Notes: generated from the letters alone by a model not told the origin. A DNA stretch of 64,000 nucleotides from an uncultured Solirubrobacterales bacterium (GCA_963811375.1 CAWEQY010000008.1:34092-98091); one strand, 5' to 3'. Counted from the stretch's first letter, positions 1 to 9,595 are shown. Program-made: numbers and translations.

Positions 1-560
1 CCTCCAGCGATAGCACCGCCGAGCTGGCGCTCGCGGCCGGGGCGCAGGTGGTCAGCCGCGCTCGTGTCCACGGCAAGGGCGCCAACGTCGGCGCCGCGGC
101 CGAGGCGGCGCTGAGCGTCGAGCCGGCGCCGACACTCTTCCTGCTCTGCGACGGCGACCTCGGTGCTTCGGCGGCGCACCTGGGGCCGCTGGTGGAGGCG
201 GTCGAGCGCGGCGAGTGCGACCTCGCGGTGGCCGCCTTCTCGCGCCGGGTCGGCGGTGGCTTCGGCCTCGCCCTCGGCTTCGCCCACTGGGCGATCCAGC
301 GCCTCTGCGGCGCGGACACCAGAGCGCCGATCTCCGGCCAGCGGGCGCTGCGGGCCGAGACCCTGCGCGCTGTCCTTCCCTTCGCGACCGGCTTCGGGAT
401 GGAGATCGGGATGACCGTCGACGCCGTTCGCGCCGACTATCGGCTCGGCGAGTACGAGCTCGACCTCGAGCACCGCGCGAGCGGGCGCTCGCTATCGGGC
501 TTCCGCCATCGCGGTGCTCAGTTGTGGGACTTCACCCGTGCTTACGCCTTGCGTCGCTAG
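1..560 (+). CDS. Glycosyltransferase family 2-like protein, C-terminal part (gene starts upstream of the window)
   Basis: The frame of ORF 48..560 stays open back to base 3 (SSDSTAELALAAGAQVVSRARVHGKGANVG...). This GT-A style region is followed by an acidic CDGDL motif. Recognised by eye only. Confidence 0.55.
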   Translation, partial: SSDSTAELALAAGAQVVSRARVHGKGANVGAAAEAALSVEPAPTLFLLCDGDLGASAAHLGPLVEAVERGECDLAVAAFSRRVGGGFGLALGFAHWAIQRLCGADTRAPISGQRALRAETLRAVLPFATGFGMEIGMTVDAVRADYRLGEYELDLEHRASGRSLSGFRHRGAQLWDFTRAYALRR

Positions 561-572
561 CCTGGATCAGGG

Positions 573-1364
573 ATGAGGCGTGGGCAAATGCGAATCGGAG
601 TGCTGGCGGCAACGGTCGCACTCTTTGTCGCGATCGCGTCGCTGGCCCAGGCGGAGCTGACCGCGCGCGGGGATCTCTTCGTCAAGTTCAGCGGTGGCAT
701 CGCCCCCACTGCCCTGCCCCGGGAGACGCGGGCGCCGATCGCGGTGGAGATCGTCGGCACGGTTCGCACTCTCTCCGGGGAGCGCCCGCCGGCGCTGCGG
801 AAAATCTCGATCGCGATCAACCAGGGCGGGCGGCTCGACACCCAGGGGTTGCCGATCTGTCGCCGGCGCCAGATCGAACCGTCCTCCACCCAAGCGGCGC
901 TTGCCCGCTGCGGCCCGGCGCTGATTGGGAGCGGCAACTATGCCGCCGACGTTGCTTTTCCGGAACAGTCGGCCTTCCCTTCCAACGGTCGCATCCTCGC
1001 TTTCAACGCCGTCGTCGGCGGCAAGCGAGCGATTCTCGCCCACGTCTACGACCCCGAGCCGCTGCCGATCACCCGCGTCATCGTCTTCCACATCCACGAA
1101 AGCAGTGGCACCTACGGGACGATCCTGACCGGCTCCCTGCCGGCAGCGCAAAATCGCTGGGGCTACCTGAAGCGGATCAGCCTGAAGCTGCACCGTGAGT
1201 TCGTCTACAACGGTCAGCGACGCAGCTACCTCAGCGCCGCCTGCGACGCCCCCCCGGGCTTCTCCGGCGCCACCTTTCCCTTCGCCCAGGCCGCAATGAG
1301 CTTCGCCGACGGCCGCACCCTGTCCTCGATCCTGACCCGCAGCTGCAGGGTTCGGGGCGGTTGA
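573..1364 (+). CDS. Secreted hypothetical protein
   Basis: ORF 573..1364 has a signal-peptide-like N-terminus, MRRGQMRIGVLAATVALFVAIASLAQA/ELT. No catalytic motif recognised. Confidence 0.5.
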   Translation: MRRGQMRIGVLAATVALFVAIASLAQAELTARGDLFVKFSGGIAPTALPRETRAPIAVEIVGTVRTLSGERPPALRKISIAINQGGRLDTQGLPICRRRQIEPSSTQAALARCGPALIGSGNYAADVAFPEQSAFPSNGRILAFNAVVGGKRAILAHVYDPEPLPITRVIVFHIHESSGTYGTILTGSLPAAQNRWGYLKRISLKLHREFVYNGQRRSYLSAACDAPPGFSGATFPFAQAAMSFADGRTLSSILTRSCRVRGG

Positions 1365-1428
1365 GCGGGTCACAAAAATTTCCACCCAAGTCACCCACAT
1401 GTGACAGCTCCCATATCAGGGTGCAAAT

Positions 1429-1521
1429 ATGGAGGCGATGAGGGAAAAGTGGAGCGACGGCGGCGCAATGACCGCCACCTTCCTAGCCGGCTTCGCCGGC
1501 CTCGTCGCCACCCAGCTTTGA
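1429..1521 (+). CDS. 30-aa tail-anchored mini-protein, shortened paralogue of the small WTD-RLDD family (below the ORF-track length cut-off)
   Basis: ATG at 1429 and TGA at 1519..1521 give MEAMREKWSDGGAMTATFLAGFAGLVATQL. It shares its N-terminus (MEAMR.KW.D) with 52923..53195 and its C-terminus (GF.GL...TQL-stop) with 39120..39323. Confidence 0.35.
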   Translation: MEAMREKWSDGGAMTATFLAGFAGLVATQL

Positions 1522-1543
1522 GCGGGGCTCGGAGCGACCTGCC

Positions 1544-3007
1544 GTGATCCTCGCGATCGACCAGGGGACCACCGGCACCACCTGCCTCGTCTTCGACGGC
1601 GAGGCCCGAGTCGCCGGTCGTGCCTACTCGGAGTTCGAGCAGCACTTCCCGCGGCCGGGCTGGGTCGAGCACGATGCCGGGGAAATCTGGGAGGTGACCC
1701 GGCGGGTCGCCGCCGCGGCGATCGCCGATGCCGGCATCGAGGGCGGCGAGCTCGACGGGATCGGGATCGCCAACCAGCGCGAGACCGTGGTCGCCTGGGA
1801 CCCGGCGACGGGCGAGCCGGTCCACCGCGCCCTGGTCTGGCAGGACCGTCGCACCGCCGAGCGCTGCGACGAGCTGCGGGCGGCTGGGCAGGAGGCGCTG
1901 GTGCGGGAGCGCACCGGCCTGACGATCGACCCCTACTTCTCCGGGACCAAGATCGAGTGGCTGCTGCGGAACGTCGAGGGGGCGGAGCGGGCGGTCTTCG
2001 GCACGATCGACTCCTGGCTGCTCTTCAAGCTGACCGGGCGCCACGGCACCGACTACTCCAACGCCTCGCGCACGATGCTCTTCGACATCCGCCGCCGCGC
2101 CTGGGACCCCGAGCTGTGCGAGCTGCTCGGAATCGACCCGGCGCGCCTGGCGGAGCCGCTGCCCTCCGCCCATATCTACGGCACCACCACCGAGTTCGGC
2201 GGCGAAGTGCCGGTGGCGGGGATCGCCGGCGACCAGCAGGCCGCCCTCTTCGGCCAGGCCTGCCACCGCCCCGGCATGGCCAAGAACACCTACGGCACCG
2301 GCAGCTTCGTCCTCCTCAACACCGGCACCCGGGCGCCCCGCCCGCCCGACGGCCTGCTGGCCACGGTCGCCTGGGGGCTGGGAGACGAGGTCACCTACGC
2401 GCTCGAGGCCTCGATCTTCGTCACCGGCGCCGCCGTGCAGTGGCTGCGCGATGGGCTCGGGATCATCGAGCAGGCGGCCGATACCGAGGCGCTGGCGGCC
2501 TCGCTCGATTCCAACGACGGCGTTTACTTCGTTCCCGCCCTGACCGGCCTCGGCTCGCCGCACTGGGATCCCTACGCCCGCGGCACGATCGTCGGCCTCA
2601 CCCGCGGCAGCGGCCGCGCCCACCTGGCCCGGGCGGCGCTGGAGGCGATCGCCTACGAGACCGTCGACGCGGTGCACGCCCAGGAGGCCGCGGCCGGCGA
2701 GCGCCTGCGGGAGCTGAAGGCCGATGGCGGCGCCGTCGCCAACGCTTGGCTGATGCAGTTCCAAGCGGACGTGCTCGGCGCTGCGGTGGTGGTTCCGGAG
2801 ATTGCCGAGACGACCGCGCTCGGGGCCGCCTACCTGGCCGGGATCGCGACCGGGCGCTGGACCCAGGAGCAGGTCGGCGAGATGTGGCGCGAGGCGACTC
2901 GCTACGAGCCGCGGATCAGCGCCGATCGGCGTCAGTCGCTGCTCGCCGAGTGGCGCCGGGCGCTGGGTCGTTCGCGTGACTGGGCACGCCCCAAGACACC
3001 CGAGTAA
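1544..3007 (+). CDS. glpK: Glycerol kinase
   Basis: GTG start at 1544. FGGY-kinase blocks are present: ILAIDQGTTGTTCLVFD, FGTIDSWLLFKLTG, GDQQAALFGQ, YGTGSFVLLNTG, ALEASIFVTGAAVQWLRD, LKADGGA. Confidence 0.95.
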   Translation: MILAIDQGTTGTTCLVFDGEARVAGRAYSEFEQHFPRPGWVEHDAGEIWEVTRRVAAAAIADAGIEGGELDGIGIANQRETVVAWDPATGEPVHRALVWQDRRTAERCDELRAAGQEALVRERTGLTIDPYFSGTKIEWLLRNVEGAERAVFGTIDSWLLFKLTGRHGTDYSNASRTMLFDIRRRAWDPELCELLGIDPARLAEPLPSAHIYGTTTEFGGEVPVAGIAGDQQAALFGQACHRPGMAKNTYGTGSFVLLNTGTRAPRPPDGLLATVAWGLGDEVTYALEASIFVTGAAVQWLRDGLGIIEQAADTEALAASLDSNDGVYFVPALTGLGSPHWDPYARGTIVGLTRGSGRAHLARAALEAIAYETVDAVHAQEAAAGERLRELKADGGAVANAWLMQFQADVLGAAVVVPEIAETTALGAAYLAGIATGRWTQEQVGEMWREATRYEPRISADRRQSLLAEWRRALGRSRDWARPKTPE

Positions 3008-3065
3008 CCGTCCCTTCGCCGCAGGGTAGGCAAGGGCGGCGGCATACCCCGGCCGCCATCTCGTC

Positions 3066-3809
3066 ATGGCGGACATGAGGCCACAGACCTACAAGGACCC
3101 GCGCCCGGCGGAGTACTTCACGCAGTTCCACGAGGCCGCCCGCAAGGGGGTCGGCTGGACCTACGCCTTCACCCGCATCGTCCTCACCCTGCCGACGCTG
3201 CTGATCTACCGGGTGCGGGCGATCGGGCTCGAAAACGTGCCACGGGACGGCGCCCTCGTCCTCGCCCCCAACCACTTCAGCCAGATGGACCACTTCTTCA
3301 CCGGCGTCTATCTGCGGCGGAAGATCCGCTTCATGGCGAAATCGCAGATGTTCGGCCCGCCCTTCCTCACCTACATCTATAAGCACGGGGGCGTCTTCCC
3401 GGTGCGCCGCGGCCAGCACGACGAGGAGGCCTTCAAGACCGCCTACCAGCTGCTCGACCAGGGGGAGATGCTGCTGGTCTACGCCGAGGGGGGACGCTCG
3501 CGATCGGGCGAGCTGGGCGAGCCGAAACCGGGCATCGGACGGATCGCGCTGGAGTCGGGCGTGCCAATCGTTCCGGTCGCGATCCACGGCTCGGCCCGGG
3601 TGCGCGGCTGGAAGCGGTTGCACTTCCCCAAGGTGACTATCCAATTCGGCAAGCCGATGACCTTTGCCGTCGAGCCGTCGCCAAGCCGCGAGCGCCAGCT
3701 TGAGGCCGCGGCCGAGGTCTTTGCCGAGGTGCGGGAGATGTACGAGCGGATCGCTACTCGAAGCGAGAGTCGAGCCGGGGGTAGAACTCCGGATCGTGCC
3801 CTGGCGTGA
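3066..3809 (+). CDS. 1-acyl-sn-glycerol-3-phosphate acyltransferase-like (PlsC family)
   Basis: HX4D acyltransferase motif NHFSQMDH, plus YAEGGRSRSG and PIVPVAIHG blocks. Confidence 0.85.
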   Translation: MADMRPQTYKDPRPAEYFTQFHEAARKGVGWTYAFTRIVLTLPTLLIYRVRAIGLENVPRDGALVLAPNHFSQMDHFFTGVYLRRKIRFMAKSQMFGPPFLTYIYKHGGVFPVRRGQHDEEAFKTAYQLLDQGEMLLVYAEGGRSRSGELGEPKPGIGRIALESGVPIVPVAIHGSARVRGWKRLHFPKVTIQFGKPMTFAVEPSPSRERQLEAAAEVFAEVREMYERIATRSESRAGGRTPDRALA

Positions 3810-4677
3810 TCGTGGCGTTCGGGAACTGACCGTGGAACAGCCGCAGCTCCTGTAGCGAGCGGCGGAAATTGTGGGCGTCGTAGGGGCGCGGCGGCATCGC
3901 CGCGTCGCCGTCGAGCTGAGCGGCCATATACATCGCGTCGCCGCCGATCACGAAGTCGTCCTGCTTGAGCCGACAGATCACCGACATGTGGCCGGCGCTG
4001 TGGCCGGGGGTGAAGGCGAGGTGGATCGAGCCATCGCCGAAGAGGTCGAAGCTGCGGCCGAAGCTGGCGTAGGAGTCGATCCCAGCCCGGTCGAAGTCGA
4101 TCGTGCGGTAATCGAAGGCGTAATCGAAGTGCTGGCGACGGTAACCGTTGAGGGCGGGGCGAGGGCCGGTCGCGGCGCTCTTCCACTCGGTCTCGCTGAC
4201 GACGAAGGTCGAGTTCGAGAACTCCGAGATCGCCGAGCTGTGGTCGCTGTGCAGGTGGGTCATGACCACGACGGGGATCTCGCCCGGGTCGAGGCCGCGT
4301 TTGCGCAGCTGCGCCGGGGCGTCTTCGCCGGCGGCCAGGGACGGCCTGCCGATGCGGTTGCCAAGGCTGCCGAAGTTCTCCTTGCCGTCGGTGGCGATGG
4401 AGGGGTGGAGGCCGGTATCGACGAGGATCGCGCCGGCGCTGGGGTGGCGGATCAGGAAGGCCGGGACCGGGATAACGTTGGCCGGCCGGCTGCCCAGCAG
4501 CGCCCGCAGCAGCTTCAGGGTGAGGAAGGGACCGCCGGGGCTGACCATCATCGCCTGCGGGAAGTCGACGTGGCCGGCGATCAGCGGTTCGACGACGACA
4601 GTCGCTCCCGGCGTACCCCCGGCGAGCGGCTCGTGCAGGGGCTGCGCCTCCACCTGAACCTTCATCGCCGTTGACAT
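3754..4677 (-). CDS. MBL-fold metallo-hydrolase (lactonase-like)
   Basis: ATG at 4677. HxHxDH zinc motif THLHSDHSS and TPGHSAGH are present. Its 3' end overlaps the convergent plsC-like gene by 56 nt. Confidence 0.8.
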   Translation of the reverse strand: MSTAMKVQVEAQPLHEPLAGGTPGATVVVEPLIAGHVDFPQAMMVSPGGPFLTLKLLRALLGSRPANVIPVPAFLIRHPSAGAILVDTGLHPSIATDGKENFGSLGNRIGRPSLAAGEDAPAQLRKRGLDPGEIPVVVMTHLHSDHSSAISEFSNSTFVVSETEWKSAATGPRPALNGYRRQHFDYAFDYRTIDFDRAGIDSYASFGRSFDLFGDGSIHLAFTPGHSAGHMSVICRLKQDDFVIGGDAMYMAAQLDGDAAMPPRPYDAHNFRRSLQELRLFHGQFPNATITPGHDPEFYPRLDSRFE

Positions 4678-4712
4678 TACGCAGAACCGGTCGTCTATAG
4701 GCTTGCTCGCCG

Positions 4713-5561
4713 ATGGCTGAAAGCTCGCATTCGCAGGTGTTCCGGGACGGGTTGCTCGAGGGTCAGGTCTGTGTCGTCTCCGGCGCCGGCAGCGGGCTCG
4801 GTCGCGAGACGGCGCTGGAGCTGGCGCGCCTCGGCGCCATCGTCGTCGCCTGCGGGCGCCGCGAGGAGCCGTTGGCGGAGACCGCGGAGCTGGCCGCGAC
4901 GATGCCCGGCAGCTTCGAGCACGAGACTCTCGACATCCGCGAGGAGGAGCCCGTCGGCCGCTTCTTCGATGCGCTGCTGGAGCGCCACGGCCGCCTCGAC
5001 GTGCTCGTCAACAATGCCGGCGGTCAGTTCCTCAGCCCGGCCGAGGCGATCACCCCCAAAGGCTTCCGCACCGTGATCGACCTCAACGTCCAGGGCACCT
5101 GGCTGATGACCCACGCCGCGGCAACCAAGGCATTCATCCCCCAGGGCGGCGGCAAGGTGCTGAGCGTCACCCTCTCCCCGCACAACGGCATGCCGGGGAT
5201 GGTCCACTCCGGCGCCGCCCGGGCCGCGGTCGAGAACATGATGCGGACGCTGGCGATCGAGTGGTCGCGCTTCGGGATCAAGACCGTCGCCCTCGCCGCC
5301 GGTCAGTTCGCGACCGAGACGCTGCTGACCAAGTATCCGCAGGTCGTCGTCGACAACCTCGAGCGCTCGATCCCGATCGGCCGCGCCGGCCGTCCCGAGG
5401 AGATGGCCTGGCTGGTCGCCTACCTGGCCTCGCCGGCCGGCGACTTCTACTCCGGCACGACGATCACGATCGACGGCGCCCGCGACAACTGGGCCGGCCC
5501 CTGGCCGCCGGAAGCGATCGCCACCGACTCCGGCGACCCGGTCGCCGAGGAGCGCCGCTAG
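4713..5561 (+). CDS. SDR family oxidoreductase
   Basis: Rossmann motif VVSGAGSGLGRETALELA, an NNAGG block, about 280 aa of classical SDR layout. Confidence 0.85.
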   Translation: MAESSHSQVFRDGLLEGQVCVVSGAGSGLGRETALELARLGAIVVACGRREEPLAETAELAATMPGSFEHETLDIREEEPVGRFFDALLERHGRLDVLVNNAGGQFLSPAEAITPKGFRTVIDLNVQGTWLMTHAAATKAFIPQGGGKVLSVTLSPHNGMPGMVHSGAARAAVENMMRTLAIEWSRFGIKTVALAAGQFATETLLTKYPQVVVDNLERSIPIGRAGRPEEMAWLVAYLASPAGDFYSGTTITIDGARDNWAGPWPPEAIATDSGDPVAEERR

Positions 5562-6043
5562 CTGCGGGGCTCGAGCACGACGAGCGGGATCTCGCGGCCC
5601 TTGCTGCGGATCGCGTAGTCCTCATAGCCGTGGTAGGCATCGACCGCCATTGCCCAGAGCCGGTCGCGCTCCTCCGGTTTGGCGACGCGGGCACGGACCG
5701 GCAGGTGCTCTGAGCCGACCTGCACCGTGGTGTCGGGGTTGGCGATGAGATTGTGGAGCCAGGCGGGGTTCTTCGGGAAGCCGCCTTTGGAGGCGACGAT
5801 GACGATGTCCTCGCCGTCCCTGACGTAGAGCAGGGGCGAAGTGCGCTTGGTGCCGCTCTTGGCCCCGACGTGATCCAGCAGGAGCATCTTGCCGGGCACG
5901 CCGGGGATCGTGTGGCCGAGGCGCCCACCCGTCCTCTGGTACAGGAACGTGTGGGCGCCCATGAAGCGGCGCGTCAACGGCCAGATCTTGTCCCCGATGT
6001 CGAGATAGCGAGGGGTCGACCTGCTCTGTGCCGCGTCGCTCAT
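5558..6043 (-). CDS. Deazaflavin (F420)-dependent nitroreductase family protein (DDN-like)
   Basis: The ORF 5558..6238 is trimmed to the internal ATG at 6043 (MSDAAQSRS...), 1 nt from the stop of the upstream gene. Diagnostic blocks are LLLDHVGAKSGTKRTSPLLY, VIVASKGGFPKNPAWLHNL and ERDRLW. Confidence 0.75.
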   Translation of the reverse strand: MSDAAQSRSTPRYLDIGDKIWPLTRRFMGAHTFLYQRTGGRLGHTIPGVPGKMLLLDHVGAKSGTKRTSPLLYVRDGEDIVIVASKGGFPKNPAWLHNLIANPDTTVQVGSEHLPVRARVAKPEERDRLWAMAVDAYHGYEDYAIRSKGREIPLVVLEPRS

Positions 6044-6044
6044 C

Positions 6045-6875
6045 TCAGGTGTACATCCCGCCGAACATGCCACCGGTGACGTTGAGGACCTGGCCGTGCA
6101 CGTAGTTGGCCAGCGGCGAGGCGAGGAAGAGGACCGGGCCGGAGGCCTCCTCGGGCGAGGCGGGACGGCCGACCGGAATGATCGCCGAGGCCATCGCCCG
6201 CATCTGCTCGGGGATGCCGAGCTCGATCTTCTCGCCACCGGGAGCGGTCATCTCGCCGCCCTCCTCTTTGGCTGCGGTGAGGCGGGTGTCGACGAAGCCG
6301 AAGGCGACCGCGTTGACGTTGATCTTGAACTGGCCCCACTCCTTGGCAAGGGTTTTGGTGACGCCGACGACGCCCATCTTGGCGGCCGAGTAGTTGACCT
6401 GGCCGGCATTGCCCATCGTTCCCGAGGTCGAGGAGATGTTGATCAGCTTGCGGAAGACCTCTTTGTCTTCGCCGCGCTCGGCCTTGGCGGCCTCACGCCA
6501 GTGCGGGGCGAGCGCGCGGGCGACCCGGAAGGGGACGACCGTGTGGATGTCCAGCATCGCCTGGAACTGCTCGTCGCTCATCTTGTGGGCGACGCCGTCC
6601 CAGGTATAGCCGGCGTTGTTGACGCAGATGTCGACGGCGCCGAAAGCATCGACGGCGGCGGCGACGAGGTCGTCGCCAGCGCCGGTTTTGGTCAGGTCAC
6701 CAGCGAAAACGGCGGTCTCGCCATCGATTTCACCGGCCGTCTGCTCGGCGACGTCGGCATCGAGATCGTTGATCAAGACCTTGGCGCCCTCGGCTGCGAA
6801 CAGCTCCGCGGTCGCTCGTCCGATACCCCGTGCGGAACCGGTGACGATCGCCGCTTTCCCATCGAGAAGTCCCAT
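6045..6875 (-). CDS. SDR family oxidoreductase (FabG-like)
   Basis: AAIVTGSARGIGRATAELFAAEGAKV, NNAGYTWD, YSAAKMG (YxxxK). Confidence 0.85.
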   Translation of the reverse strand: MGLLDGKAAIVTGSARGIGRATAELFAAEGAKVLINDLDADVAEQTAGEIDGETAVFAGDLTKTGAGDDLVAAAVDAFGAVDICVNNAGYTWDGVAHKMSDEQFQAMLDIHTVVPFRVARALAPHWREAAKAERGEDKEVFRKLINISSTSGTMGNAGQVNYSAAKMGVVGVTKTLAKEWGQFKINVNAVAFGFVDTRLTAAKEEGGEMTAPGGEKIELGIPEQMRAMASAIIPVGRPASPEEASGPVLFLASPLANYVHGQVLNVTGGMFGGMYT

Positions 6876-6977
6876 CAGTCTGCGTCTCCTTTAGTTCGTG
6901 AAGTCGGCGCCGGAGGCTACAGGGAACGCTGAAATCCTGGTCAGCCGGCCAGTTTTGTGCGAGCTGCCGCTCGGGGC

Positions 6978-7397
6978 TCAGCTGAGTCTGGTGCCACCGT
7001 CCTCGGTGATGCGCCAGTGGGGATTGTGGGCGACCTCCCAGGGATGACCGTCGGGATCGAGGAAGACGCCGCTGTAGCCACCCCAGAAGGTCTCGGCCGG
7101 CTCGCGGCCGATCGTCGCGCCGGCCGCTCGCGCTTCCTCGATCGCCGCATCGACCTCCGCCGGCGAGTCAAAGTTGAGAGCCAGGGTTACGCCTCCCCAG
7201 CCAGGCGAGTCCTCGACGCTGCTGTCCTCAGCGAGCCGGTGGCGGTCCCAGAGCGCCAGCACCATCTCGCCGGCCTGAAAGAAGACGACGTCTTCGCCGG
7301 GCTTGGCACCGGTCGTCCAGCCCAGCCCTTCGTAGAAGGCGCGGGCACGCTCGAGGTCGGAGACGCCGAGGGTGATGACGCTGACCCGTTGCTTCAT
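6978..7397 (-). CDS. VOC/glyoxalase family protein
   Basis: 139 aa with VITLGVSDLERARAFYEGLGW and FLDPDGHPWEV, typical of the VOC fold. Confidence 0.8.
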   Translation of the reverse strand: MKQRVSVITLGVSDLERARAFYEGLGWTTGAKPGEDVVFFQAGEMVLALWDRHRLAEDSSVEDSPGWGGVTLALNFDSPAEVDAAIEEARAAGATIGREPAETFWGGYSGVFLDPDGHPWEVAHNPHWRITEDGGTRLS

Positions 7398-7426
7398 AGG
7401 TCGATTCTTCCAGTAAGAATGGCGGC

Positions 7427-8122
7427 GTGAGCGATCTCGCGAGCATCTTTTTCCTTTCGCTGCTGGCGATGTTCACGCCGACGCTCCTCGCCGCGGTGAC
7501 GGTGATGATGCTGCTGCCGAACCCGAAGAAGTTGATGCTCGGCTACCTGTTCGGCGCCTACCTGACCAGCATCACCGCCGGCCTGCTGATCGTCTTCTCG
7601 TTACATGGGTCGGCGAGTGTCAGCACCGCGCACACCTTGGGGCCGATCGAGGACATCGTCGTCGGCCTGGTGGCGCTGCTGGTCGCCTTCGTCCTCGGCA
7701 GCGGTCGCGACGCACCACTGCAGGAGCGGCGCCGGCGCCGGCAGGAGGCGAAGGAGGCGGAGGGCACGAAGGAATCCTGGCCCGAGCGGATGCTCGGCCG
7801 GGGGTTGGCCCGCGTCACCTTCGCGGTCGGGGTCGTCCTCACCTTTCCGGGCGTCTCCTATCTGACGGCCCTCGACCGCATGGCCAAGCTCGACGCCGGC
7901 GTCGCCCCGACGGTGCTGCTCGTCGTCGTCTTCTGCGTGATCCAGCAGCTGCTGCTGGAGGTGCCGCTGCTGGGATACACGTTCGCCCCCGAGCAGACCA
8001 GGGACCGGGTCACGCGCTTTCGCGCCTGGCTCGCTCGCAACGGACGTCGGGCGGGAGTAATTCTCGCCGCTGTCGTCGGCGTCCTGCTGGTGGCACGCGG
8101 TGCGATCGCGCTGTTGACGTAG
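7427..8122 (+). CDS. Integral membrane protein (GAP/Sap-like?)
   Basis: Multiple hydrophobic helices with a charged central loop (RRRRRQEAKEAEG). The family call is tentative. Confidence 0.45.
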   Translation: MSDLASIFFLSLLAMFTPTLLAAVTVMMLLPNPKKLMLGYLFGAYLTSITAGLLIVFSLHGSASVSTAHTLGPIEDIVVGLVALLVAFVLGSGRDAPLQERRRRRQEAKEAEGTKESWPERMLGRGLARVTFAVGVVLTFPGVSYLTALDRMAKLDAGVAPTVLLVVVFCVIQQLLLEVPLLGYTFAPEQTRDRVTRFRAWLARNGRRAGVILAAVVGVLLVARGAIALLT

Positions 8123-8125
8123 TCG

Positions 8126-8428
8126 CTACTCCATCGAACGCTCCTCGACCACCTCGAAGACGCCGTCGGTGCCGACGGATTCGACGAACTCGTCAGCGGC
8201 CGCGCGGCGCTGGTCGTACTCGTTGTCGTCTTTGTTCGCGCGCATCTCCTCCAGGGTGCCGTCGAAGAAGCCGAAGGTGATGACTTCGTTCTCGTCGGCG
8301 AGGCCGCGCAGGGCGTAAAAGCGCTTCCAGCCCGGCGGTGGCTCCTGGTCCTCCGCTGGGACGAAGGCCCGTTTGAAGTCCTCCATCGCGCCCGGTTTCA
8401 GCTTGCGTACGGTCAGTGCGCAGAGCAT
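8126..8428 (-). CDS. Small hypothetical protein (ferredoxin-like/ABM-fold-like?)
   Basis: ORF 8126..8488 is trimmed to the ATG at 8428 (MLCALTVRKLKPGAMEDFKRAF...). No firm motif recognised. Confidence 0.4.
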   Translation of the reverse strand: MLCALTVRKLKPGAMEDFKRAFVPAEDQEPPPGWKRFYALRGLADENEVITFGFFDGTLEEMRANKDDNEYDQRRAAADEFVESVGTDGVFEVVEERSME

Positions 8429-8498
8429 CTGGCTCTCCTCTCGTCTGGGCTTCACCCGGCCGGGAGCCCGGCCCGGGGGCCGATCCATAAATCGTAAC

Positions 8499-8921
8499 TC
8501 AGAGCTTGCCGATGCTGGCCAGGTACTCGTCCAGCGCTTTGCTTTTCTGCGTGTCCTCGTAGACCTCGTAGTCGCGCAGCAGGCCCCAGGAGATGTGCCC
8601 CCAGATCACGTAGCGGTTCTCGTAGACGCGCTTGCCCGCGGGCGTGTCGAGGTAAACGGGGCCGCGAATGCAGATCGTCTGCTTCCAGGGGAAGCCCTTG
8701 AGCACGACCTCGTCGGGGCTGATCTGGATGCCGGCATCGGCGAAGCGCCGCAGCCAAGCCTCGAGCTTCTGCTTGCCCTGCAGCTCCGTTGCCCAGGAGC
8801 TGTCGCCGGGGAAGCGGAACCGGATGTCCTTCGCGTCCATTTTCAGCAGCGGGCCGAGGTCCCCGGCGCTGGCCGCCCTCATGTTGCTGGCGATCATCTT
8901 CTTACCCAGCCACGACAGCAT
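8499..8921 (-). CDS. NTF2/SnoaL-like fold protein
   Basis: The start is moved to the ATG at 8921, preceded by GGAGGAGG 6 nt upstream. The sequence MLSWLGKKM...FRFPGDSSWA...NRYVIWGHISWG resembles the NTF2-like family. Confidence 0.55.
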   Translation of the reverse strand: MLSWLGKKMIASNMRAASAGDLGPLLKMDAKDIRFRFPGDSSWATELQGKQKLEAWLRRFADAGIQISPDEVVLKGFPWKQTICIRGPVYLDTPAGKRVYENRYVIWGHISWGLLRDYEVYEDTQKSKALDEYLASIGKL

Positions 8922-9052
8922 CGGTGCCTCCTCCGCTCGTTGGTCGGGCAACTTAGCGCGCGGGGCCCGTCACACCGCTCGCGTGGCCCAGGCCGTCTGT
9001 CAGCTGCGCGCAGCGTCGCCGGGGGACCTTGCGACGATGCGCCGGCGGCTGC

Positions 9053-9499
9053 TCAATCCGAAGCGGTTGGCGGAGCGATAACCGCCAGGTCAGTGGGTCG
9101 CAGCAGCGCCACCAGGGTCGAGCCGTCGACGATCGCCAGCCCGCCCTTGCGCATCTTTGCCCTCGCACCCGTCAGTCGGGCGACCTCACTGGAGAAGTCG
9201 GGCTCGTGACCGACGAGGAGGACGTCGCCGCGGCCGGTGGCGAGTGCCAGCGAATCGAAGCTGCCTCCGCTCAGCTCGACCGCAGGCTCCGGCTCGATGC
9301 CCAGCGATTCGCAGGCGAGCCGCGCCGTTTCCGCCGCCCGGGCCCTGGGGCTGGTGAGACAGACGTCGATCTCAGCCCCGAGGCCGGCCAGCGCCCGGCC
9401 CGCCGCGCGTGCCTGGCGCTTCCCCTTCGGCGTCAGCCGCCGGGCCGCGTCGTTCCCATCGCCGTCCTCGGCGTCGCCGTGCCGGAGCAGATAGATCAC
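9053..9499 (-). CDS. Histidine phosphatase family protein (SixA-like)
   Basis: LLRHGDAE (RHG catalytic motif), LTPKGKRQA, LLVGHEPD. Confidence 0.8.
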   Translation of the reverse strand: MIYLLRHGDAEDGDGNDAARRLTPKGKRQARAAGRALAGLGAEIDVCLTSPRARAAETARLACESLGIEPEPAVELSGGSFDSLALATGRGDVLLVGHEPDFSSEVARLTGARAKMRKGGLAIVDGSTLVALLRPTDLAVIAPPTASD

Positions 9500-9595
9500 A
9501 TCACGATCCTACGCCCGCAATTTCCGTTTTTTTGGATAAGGATCTTTTAAAAATGGGAGTGCCCGGACCCTTGGGGTCTTTAGCATGCGCCGCTG

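Noticed and set aside
1391-3076. 561-aa ORF antisense to glpK
   Set aside because: The opposite strand encodes an unmistakable glycerol kinase. The antisense product is Arg/Gly/Pro/Ala-rich low-complexity sequence typical of stop-poor high-G+C DNA.
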